Shown piece by piece: positions 57,251 to 64,000 of a stretch of 64,000 nt of DNA. This DNA is from a virus, in the IMG/VR virus record IMGVR_UViG_3300002053_001113, positions 1 to 64,000 of that record; one strand, given 5' to 3'. The translations under genes were made by a program, and so were the position numbers. The notes under the pieces were generated by a model. That model was not told where the DNA came from and did no database searches. It worked only from the letters and a program-made list of their open reading frames with translations. Numbering within the stretch: position 1 is the first letter of the stretch; every line of letters begins with the position of its first letter.

Positions 57251-58165
57251 TTATATAACTCCTTTTTCCATTGGCAATTTTGCTAATGGAGTTAATAAAA
57301 GTCTTTGTGCCTTTTTCTGTAAAACATTCTCAACGTGTGGAGTTATATGTTCACCATGTGTTAAGTAACTGGTTACTGCATTGTACATATCCCACCTATT
57401 AAACTTGGCTTTCATTTTACTTTTATCAGTCCACACATAACTCACACTCTTTTTATTAGTTTTTTTGTCAGTCACTATAACAACATCAACACCAAGTTTT
57501 TGTAATATTTTCTCTCTGTGTTTCAATTGGTCAAACAACTTGCCTATAATCCTACAAGCCATTTTCCACTCAATGCTGTCCTTCATACTCTCTGAAACCC
57601 AGCCCTTTAAATCATCTCTGGCATTAATAATTGCTGATATACGTCCCTCTACAAAACCTTCTATTTCTCTGATACTTTTATCAATGTGTTTTACAGAAAC
57701 AACTTTCTCATAAGCACTTATTATCATACCATTCATACAAGCTAACCTCGTAAAACGTGGTACAACAAAAAGTCCTGTGGTTTTGTCATAGCTGTTAATT
57801 AATCTAATGCCTGTAGTAAATTCCTCATTAAGTTTATCATACTTAATGTTTCTGCCTTTGAATTCTATGTCTGCAAAAGCTCTGTTTCCTTGCTGTGTAA
57901 TCTCCATAGTAAAGTTAAGCCCCAATCTATTAAGTGCCTCTGCAAAGCTGTCAAAATACTGCTTGTGTGAAACAAGCTGGTAATGATTAACTACTGCAGC
58001 TGCAAACTTTCCTTTACTCACATTGTAGATGCCTTTAAACTTTTCAACATCTTTAAGAACTCCACCATCATCAATCTTTAAAGGCACTTCAACAGCCTTG
58101 TCTAGATTGGAGGTTGCATTCTTAATTTCTGCCAAGGTTTGGCATACGTAGGTTTGTTCTTTCAT
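57251..58165 (-). CDS. DUF932/DUF945-family protein
   Basis: YQLVSH, LINSYD, RLACMNGM, WDMYNAVTSYLTH. Confidence 0.82.
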   Translation of the reverse strand: MKEQTYVCQTLAEIKNATSNLDKAVEVPLKIDDGGVLKDVEKFKGIYNVSKGKFAAAVVNHYQLVSHKQYFDSFAEALNRLGLNFTMEITQQGNRAFADIEFKGRNIKYDKLNEEFTTGIRLINSYDKTTGLFVVPRFTRLACMNGMIISAYEKVVSVKHIDKSIREIEGFVEGRISAIINARDDLKGWVSESMKDSIEWKMACRIIGKLFDQLKHREKILQKLGVDVVIVTDKKTNKKSVSYVWTDKSKMKAKFNRWDMYNAVTSYLTHGEHITPHVENVLQKKAQRLLLTPLAKLPMEKGVI

Positions 58166-58220
58166 TTTTCTTTACCCCCTTTCGGTTTAACGGTTTAATA
58201 ACAATGTATAAATTAAACGA

Positions 58221-58240
58221 CTATATAAATGTTTTGATTT
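58221..58240 (-). promoter_or_regulatory. Early-type BRE/TATA promoter
   Basis: AAATCAAAACATTTATATAG on the - strand. Confidence 0.68.
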
Positions 58241-58904
58241 ACCTATTCATTCGTCTGAGTAAACTTTCAATTTCCTCATCAACTGGTCTAGGTCTTTTCT
58301 TCTCCTTCTTTTCTTGGAATACAAATTTATATAAAATTATTCCTATTAAACCAACAATAATCAAAATTAATGCAATAACAAATATAACACTTGATGAACC
58401 CTCTGAAAAACTTGGCAAACTAAAACTCTCCTTTTTAACTGGAGAAGCAGGTGGACCAAAAGCCAAATTATTAAAATTAAGTGTCCTTCTAAAATCCTCA
58501 TTAATTAAATCTACCTCTCCTGGCTCAGTTGCCGTTGTCCTGTTTTTTAAACTCTCGTTTGCCTCAATATCATCTTCTGATATTTTATCTAAATAATACT
58601 CCACAACAATATCATATTCATTTGTTGTGTTCTTGTCAGTCTTTAACCATATAATAGTTGGGTTTTTACATTTACAATTCCATAAGTCTGATTCTACCTC
58701 TTTACAATCAATAAAACTATACTCATTAGGTTTAATTTGTTGTTTTCCTCTTAATTTAACAACAATATCATCAATGCATTGACCTATTGTTGTAACATTA
58801 TAATCCACGCCCGAATCTAGACTATAGACTGGTATAACTAAAAGAAAAAACACTAAAACAAAACATAAAATTTTAGCTCTATTCATTTTCATCCACCTCA
58901 TCAA
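58239..58904 (-). CDS. Secreted type I membrane protein
   Basis: Signal peptide, Cys-rich ectodomain, C-terminal TM. Confidence 0.7.
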   Translation of the reverse strand: MMRWMKMNRAKILCFVLVFFLLVIPVYSLDSGVDYNVTTIGQCIDDIVVKLRGKQQIKPNEYSFIDCKEVESDLWNCKCKNPTIIWLKTDKNTTNEYDIVVEYYLDKISEDDIEANESLKNRTTATEPGEVDLINEDFRRTLNFNNLAFGPPASPVKKESFSLPSFSEGSSSVIFVIALILIIVGLIGIILYKFVFQEKKEKKRPRPVDEEIESLLRRMNR

Positions 58905-58991
58905 ATATTACAATAATTCTATGTATCACAATTGGTTTACCATAACCATTGAAATAATCCATCATTCGTAGTTCATCCTTAAACTCCTTTT

Positions 58992-59363
58992 TCATTTTAT
59001 CACTACTTTAATAAAACAACCTTTATTCCAAGTTTTATTTTTGCCCTTACCTTTCCAACGTGGTTTATCCCAAAGCCATAGTTCAAAACTTTCTCCATCT
59101 TTACCATACGTGTCTTTAAATTCACGTATATCTTTTTGATGTTTTAAATAATAATTTCCAGGTCCTAGATGTTTACTACTAATATATTTTCTTTGCTTAC
59201 CTTTAAAGGCAACAACATCAAATAAGCCAGCAAAATCTATTGTTCCAAACCTATAACGTATTGATTTAAAAACAATAATCCAACCAGCTTTAACTAACTC
59301 ATCTCTTATTCTCTTTTCCTTATTGTAACCCTTTTTAACCTTACTTACCATTTTGAAAATCAA
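58992..59363 (-). CDS. Holliday junction resolvase-like PD-(D/E)xK nuclease (Hjc-like)
   Basis: KGYNKEKRIRDELVKAGW...FDVVAFK...ISSK. Confidence 0.72.
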   Translation of the reverse strand: MIFKMVSKVKKGYNKEKRIRDELVKAGWIIVFKSIRYRFGTIDFAGLFDVVAFKGKQRKYISSKHLGPGNYYLKHQKDIREFKDTYGKDGESFELWLWDKPRWKGKGKNKTWNKGCFIKVVIK

Positions 59364-61176
59364 ATATGTTTTTTACAACAACAGGCTTAATAAAATATTC
59401 CAGTTCACGCCAAACATTACTTAAATCTATATGATTAATTTTTAAACCCTCCTTTTTAAATTCTTCCAAAGTACAATAGCTTTTACCTTTACCAACACCA
59501 ACGTGTTTTAAATTTGGTATCAAAAATTGTACACCACTTCCATATTTTTTTGATATTTGAGCTGGCAAACTATTTGGTGAGGTTTTTGCATACTGCTCAT
59601 AAACTCCAACATCTTTTCTCATAGCAGCTAACCCAACGTCCTTGTCTAAAAGCTCAAAAATTAAATTCTTTAAATATACTTTACTAAAATTAATTTGCCC
59701 ATTCTTAATTTTTGGAACAAGGTGCTCCCAAAAAATCTTACGTGACAACAGGCTATTACTCTTTTTGTTAATACCTAAATTTTTGATTCTAACCTCGCCA
59801 TCTTGTGTAACATAAATATAATTCTTTTTTAGCAAACCAAGTGGCTTATTAATAAAGTCATCTTCGTCCATTTCTACATCTGTTTCTCGTTCCTCTATTG
59901 CTCCTCCTTTAAAGAAAAACATATATTTAATCTCATCGTCAATACCCATATCAAATGTATCCTGTGGAAACGGAACTGTATCTTTTATATCTTTAATTAT
60001 TTTATCTTTTACCTTTAACATTCTACTTTTATTATTAAATCCATCAATAATATAAACACTATCAGTATCTGTGTAAATAACTTTATAGCCATTCTCCCTA
60101 AAAATTTTACGAGCATACTTTGTCCATTGTCTTCCAATTCTAGTACAATCTCCACCAGCAACTTTATCATAAACACGTGTATAATATGAGTTATTTAATA
60201 TTCCATAAATTGTATTAAGTATAATCTTAATTGTGTATTCACGTCTATCCTTTTTACTTTTAAACTCTAATCTTTCGTTGTACCATTTCTTTAATAACTG
60301 CGCCACGTCACTCATCTGGTCTCCATAATAAGTACCTTCAACTTTCCATTTCCCATCCCCAAACCAAACCTTTCTATCATTGGTATCAGTTGGTTGTTTA
60401 CGTCCATATAAATTACATTGAATCATTATATGAGGATACAAACTATTAAAGTCTAAACAGTATATATTTCCCTCAAATCTTTCACCAGCAGGATAGGCAA
60501 CATAACCACCCTTAATACCTGCACCTTCACTTTCATGTTTTCCATAAACCTCTGTCCATTTCATATCTCTACATATTGCCTTATAAGTAAACTTTGCTAT
60601 ACTGGTTGTTAAATAAACTTTTCTTTCAATATCATCTTTTGATATAAATGGTTTAAAACCTGCAAAATAATCTTCAACCCACTCATATAATTTTTTTGTA
60701 ATCTCTATATCACGTTTTGTATATTCTGTTATTTCTTTTCTTTCTTCTGCCGTCCAACTTTCTTTCATAAATAACTTATAATCAATTTCTTTTTTTCCAC
60801 TTTCCTTGTCAACAAGTCCAAGTGTTTTAGTTATATAATCAAGTGTATATCTCATCAATATATCCTTTAACAAGCCCTTTTTTATTTTCATTGCGCCTGC
60901 ACGTTTTTCAAATATCTCCAACAAGTCAATCATAATTCTATATTTTAAACTAATCCCTTCTCTAGAAAGTATAGGATTATCGTAATGTTTATTATTAAAA
61001 CCTACTAAAAATTTATGTGCGTTTATAATCCTTTGTACCTGTTCCAAATCTGTTAATATATAATATTTTTCTGTCTTATAACTATAACAACCAAACACCT
61101 TAAATTTATCCTTACTACTATCTGGCTTACCAAAAGTTTTGGTTTCAATATCATAAATTAAAACACTATCAGTCAT
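59341..61176 (-). CDS. polB: Family B DNA polymerase with 3'-5' exonuclease
   Basis: ExoI YDIET, ExoII GFNNKHYD, ExoIII YTKRD, motif A DFNSLYP, B KIILNTIYG, C YTDTDS, KKNY. Confidence 0.95.
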   Translation of the reverse strand: MTDSVLIYDIETKTFGKPDSSKDKFKVFGCYSYKTEKYYILTDLEQVQRIINAHKFLVGFNNKHYDNPILSREGISLKYRIMIDLLEIFEKRAGAMKIKKGLLKDILMRYTLDYITKTLGLVDKESGKKEIDYKLFMKESWTAEERKEITEYTKRDIEITKKLYEWVEDYFAGFKPFISKDDIERKVYLTTSIAKFTYKAICRDMKWTEVYGKHESEGAGIKGGYVAYPAGERFEGNIYCLDFNSLYPHIMIQCNLYGRKQPTDTNDRKVWFGDGKWKVEGTYYGDQMSDVAQLLKKWYNERLEFKSKKDRREYTIKIILNTIYGILNNSYYTRVYDKVAGGDCTRIGRQWTKYARKIFRENGYKVIYTDTDSVYIIDGFNNKSRMLKVKDKIIKDIKDTVPFPQDTFDMGIDDEIKYMFFFKGGAIEERETDVEMDEDDFINKPLGLLKKNYIYVTQDGEVRIKNLGINKKSNSLLSRKIFWEHLVPKIKNGQINFSKVYLKNLIFELLDKDVGLAAMRKDVGVYEQYAKTSPNSLPAQISKKYGSGVQFLIPNLKHVGVGKGKSYCTLEEFKKEGLKINHIDLSNVWRELEYFIKPVVVKNIFDFQNGK

Positions 61177-61508
61177 TTCCTTCCCTCGCTTCAAAAGTTG
61201 GTTCTGCTAACTCCAACAATTCTTTTTTAATTGTCTCCAGCTCCATTAGTGCCATAGCAATCTCTTTTGTTTGGACATCTTCACTAACACTATAATTAGA
61301 ATTAACAACAACACCTTTCACCTTTATATCAATATTTATCATCCAACCACCACTCTTCCATTGTCATCAACAAGTATCATACAAAAATGATGTCTACCAA
61401 AAGGATAACTCATCTCATTATCTATAGTTGTAGCTAAATGAAGCTCTTCATTAGCTACTTGATAACAGGCTTCTTTCCATTCATAATCACACCCTTCACA
61501 ATTTGGTA

Positions 61509-61868
61509 TCATAGTAATTTTCTAATTGTCTTTATCTTATTTTTCTTTCTCCATCTTTGTTCTTGTACTCCTCCAATTAAAACAACAATAATATCATAAG
61601 CCATTATAATAACAACTGCAATTAAAGTAATAGACATTAACCTCATTGCAGCTGATAATGTATTTCCAGCACTATCTTTTAAATAATCAAATTGGTCATC
61701 ACTTACTATAAGATACGTACTAAAAACCATAGATGAAACTATACTCAACATTGTCACAGTTAGTAATATTATATATACTCCATTAGCGTTTTTCTTTCTG
61801 TCTTTAAATCTATAATCATATTCCTTCTGTTGTAAGGGTGTCATACTCTTGTATGTTTGCCAATTCAT
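61509..61868 (-). CDS. 2-TM membrane protein
   Basis: ORF track. Confidence 0.65.
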   Translation of the reverse strand: MNWQTYKSMTPLQQKEYDYRFKDRKKNANGVYIILLTVTMLSIVSSMVFSTYLIVSDDQFDYLKDSAGNTLSAAMRLMSITLIAVVIIMAYDIIVVLIGGVQEQRWRKKNKIKTIRKLL

Positions 61869-62000
61869 TTTTTCTACGCCTCCTTCCTACTCTTTTATTA
61901 TTTATTTTATCTTTTATTTTGCCACACAACTTATAATAATCACATCTCTTACATATTAAACTCTTCTTACTATACTCTCTCGTACCAAAACATCTTGGCT

Positions 62001-62195
62001 TCATCTCATATACCTCGCAACTGAAAGGCCAGCACCTATTAATATTAAAACAGTTCCAACACCTGTCAGCCACCCTGGGATATTAATCTTAATTATATTA
62101 CTAAAAAAAGGCACAACAAAAATAATAATACCTAAAATCATTATTGGATGTGGTCTAGGTTTTTCAGGTTCAACGTAATATTGCTGCCCATTCAT
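62001..62195 (-). CDS. Small 2-TM protein
   Basis: ORF track; GAGGTGG RBS. Confidence 0.62.
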   Translation of the reverse strand: MNGQQYYVEPEKPRPHPIMILGIIIFVVPFFSNIIKINIPGWLTGVGTVLILIGAGLSVARYMR

Positions 62196-62204
62196 TCTTC
62201 CACC

Positions 62205-63392
62205 TCAAAAATTAAATATTCCAACTTGTTTTGTTTTTTCTAAATGTTGTGGTATTAACCAATTTTCAAACTTCTTTACTGCATTATAAACTCCATTCTC
62301 TATTGCAAAATCAATAAACTCTATGCTCTTTAATGTCTTCTCATTAATGTTTATAGCACGCAAATATTCTAAAAACTTCTCTTTATCATTAACAATATTA
62401 TTTAATAGGTTATTATAATAAATATATTGATATAAATTATGTAAAGAGATTAAAGTACCAGCATATATGTCTGTTCTATTTAAATCTTCAATGTCAACAA
62501 CCGTCCTACATACAGGACACTGGCACGGCAATTCTTTTAAGTGAGGATTTATTTTTTTAAACTTCTCACCAAAACTAAAATTAGGACCTATATCAAATGG
62601 CATATAATAGGTACGGTAAATACTTCCAATATTATAACTGCTACTATCATATGTCACTCCTATGTGTTGTAACTTACTTGCTGCATACACAATCGTTGGA
62701 ACAACGTGTTTTCCACTTGTACCAAAAAAATGTAACCATTTAAAACTCTCTTTCTCAAATTCTCCCTTTTCCCACAAAAACATAAAACCCATTGCTTGTA
62801 TCATTGGGTCCCATGGAGGCTTCATTCCAATTGCCCAACCATCAAACTTAAAATCCTTTACACGTTCATACCATATTTCCATTAACTTAATGTTTTCACC
62901 ATGTAAAACATTTAACAACTTTGCCTTATAGTTCTTTCTCTCCTTTTCAAACAACTCAAAGTTTTTTGCACTCTCCTCAAGTGAGGCTTTAAACTCATCA
63001 TAAGTTGGAGCCTTATCAAGTGTTGGAGGAATATCCAAGTTCATCATTATATCACAGTTTTCTTCCTGCCATCTCAAACTATCTATTGGTTGTATCTTAC
63101 AAGGTTGTCCTCTTATCTTAAAAGAGGCAATTTGAAACCCTGCACTATCCCCAACTAATATTTTATCTTTTGGATAACCAATCATTTCTCTAAAATTAGT
63201 ACTGGCGTTTTTGCCAACACCATAGATACCATAATAACAACTTTGTAAAGCAACGTTGTGTTCATAATGACTATCCTTAGTAAAGAACTTCATATCATAT
63301 TCCTTTCCATCTTTACCTTTATATTTCAGTCCTCTATTCCAAACACTATTAAACTGCTCGCCTATTGCTGGAACAAACTCTGCTTTACTCAT
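62205..63392 (-). CDS. dpdA: TGT-fold transglycosylase, probable DNA 7-deazaguanine insertion enzyme (DpdA-like)
   Basis: GDSAGFQ, MNLDIP, VLHG, GWAIG, LHFFG, YDSSS, Zn motif CQCPVC...HN. Confidence 0.8.
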   Translation of the reverse strand: MSKAEFVPAIGEQFNSVWNRGLKYKGKDGKEYDMKFFTKDSHYEHNVALQSCYYGIYGVGKNASTNFREMIGYPKDKILVGDSAGFQIASFKIRGQPCKIQPIDSLRWQEENCDIMMNLDIPPTLDKAPTYDEFKASLEESAKNFELFEKERKNYKAKLLNVLHGENIKLMEIWYERVKDFKFDGWAIGMKPPWDPMIQAMGFMFLWEKGEFEKESFKWLHFFGTSGKHVVPTIVYAASKLQHIGVTYDSSSYNIGSIYRTYYMPFDIGPNFSFGEKFKKINPHLKELPCQCPVCRTVVDIEDLNRTDIYAGTLISLHNLYQYIYYNNLLNNIVNDKEKFLEYLRAININEKTLKSIEFIDFAIENGVYNAVKKFENWLIPQHLEKTKQVGIFNF

Positions 63393-63859
63393 CTTAACAC
63401 CTTATCTCCTTTATAAGTTTTTCCTTCTAGTTTTCTAGTGTCAACTTCTTTAAAAGAATCTAAACCCCCAATAAGTACAAAATTATTTTCTCTCTTTAAT
63501 GATTGTAACTTAATTTGTACTTTCCAAGGTTCGATGACTTTAAGTTTTTTAATACCCAAGTCAGTTATTGAAACAACAAGTCTTGCCCACTTCAATATCT
63601 TCTCACTTAATTTTCTTAATTTTTTATAATCAACCTCAACTGTAATTATAATCCAGTGTTCTGTAGCATCAATTGCCCACTCAACAGTTTTATTATTAAC
63701 AGGAGAACATACTCCTGCACCAAAATATATTTGTTTTATACGTGGATTATGTTTTAAAGCGTGTCCTATCTGCCAAGTAGCAACATCTTTATGGCCAACA
63801 AAAAGTGTCCACATACCTTTTAACTCGCCTTCCTTCTCTTTGCCTATCCATAACTTCAT
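63389..63859 (-). CDS. Hypothetical protein co-transcribed with the dpdA-like gene
   Basis: Coupled overlap; WIGKEKEG...TLFV...QIYFGA. Confidence 0.72.
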   Translation of the reverse strand: MKLWIGKEKEGELKGMWTLFVGHKDVATWQIGHALKHNPRIKQIYFGAGVCSPVNNKTVEWAIDATEHWIIITVEVDYKKLRKLSEKILKWARLVVSITDLGIKKLKVIEPWKVQIKLQSLKRENNFVLIGGLDSFKEVDTRKLEGKTYKGDKVLR

Positions 63860-63999
63860 TTTAACATAACGTTTGCCATTTTTGGAACACTATCTAAAGA
63901 TTGTTGCCTTAACTTTTCTTGATTTTCAGTTAAAGCTTTTTGTAGTACAGGGCTCCAATAGTTCTTAATTAAGTATTTTATTTTATCTATTGCTGACTT
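63856..63999 (-). CDS. C-terminus of a gene truncated by the window edge
   Basis: Open frame KSAIDKIKYLIKNYW...NVMLK, overlapping the next start codon. Confidence 0.55.
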   Translation of the reverse strand, partial: KSAIDKIKYLIKNYWSPVLQKALTENQEKLRQQSLDSVPKMANVMLK

Positions 64000-64000
64000 T

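Larger units (their letters stand above)
1..64000. mobile_element. Archaeal virus genome segment (probable large spindle-shaped/non-tailed virus)
   Basis: No housekeeping genes. Virion module (VP1-like capsid paralogs, ATPase, adhesins), PolB, resolvase, tyrosine recombinase, dense small ORFs in long same-strand blocks, archaeal promoters. Confidence 0.88.

Noticed and set aside
62205-63392. Host-type archaeosine tRNA-guanine transglycosylase
   Set aside because: Lacks the C-terminal PUA domains, is divergent, and sits in a viral replication block; a DpdA-like role is more plausible.
1-64000. tRNA/rRNA genes; HK97 capsid, portal, terminase; reverse transcriptase/DGR
   Set aside because: No cloverleaf or T-loop consensus, no recognisable motifs, and no adenine-specific TR/VR pair seen by eye; absence is not proven without tools.

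Overview
AT-rich window that appears to be a large part of an archaeal virus genome, probably a spindle-shaped or membrane-extruded virus. A DPANN-type host is inferred from TATA/BRE promoters, GGAGG/GGTGA ribosome-binding sites, N-sequon-rich surface proteins and an MNKKG class III signal peptide. The + strand block (1-40 kb) carries an SF2 helicase, a P-loop morphogenesis ATPase, giant LamG/DUF2341/beta-helix adhesins, three tandem fusellovirus-VP1-like capsid genes, small basic proteins including a CC1-like chromatin protein, and queE. The - strand block (40.5-52.6 kb) holds many small early genes and a complete ubiquitin-like conjugation operon (Ubl, E2, JAB, E1). An AT-rich divergent region (candidate origin) and a tyrosine recombinase follow. 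A second - strand block has DUF932, a Hjc-like resolvase, an RNA-primed family B DNA polymerase and a DpdA/TGT-like transglycosylase. No HK97 capsid, portal, terminase, tRNA or CRISPR array was recognised. All calls come from motif recognition by eye; no database searches were run.
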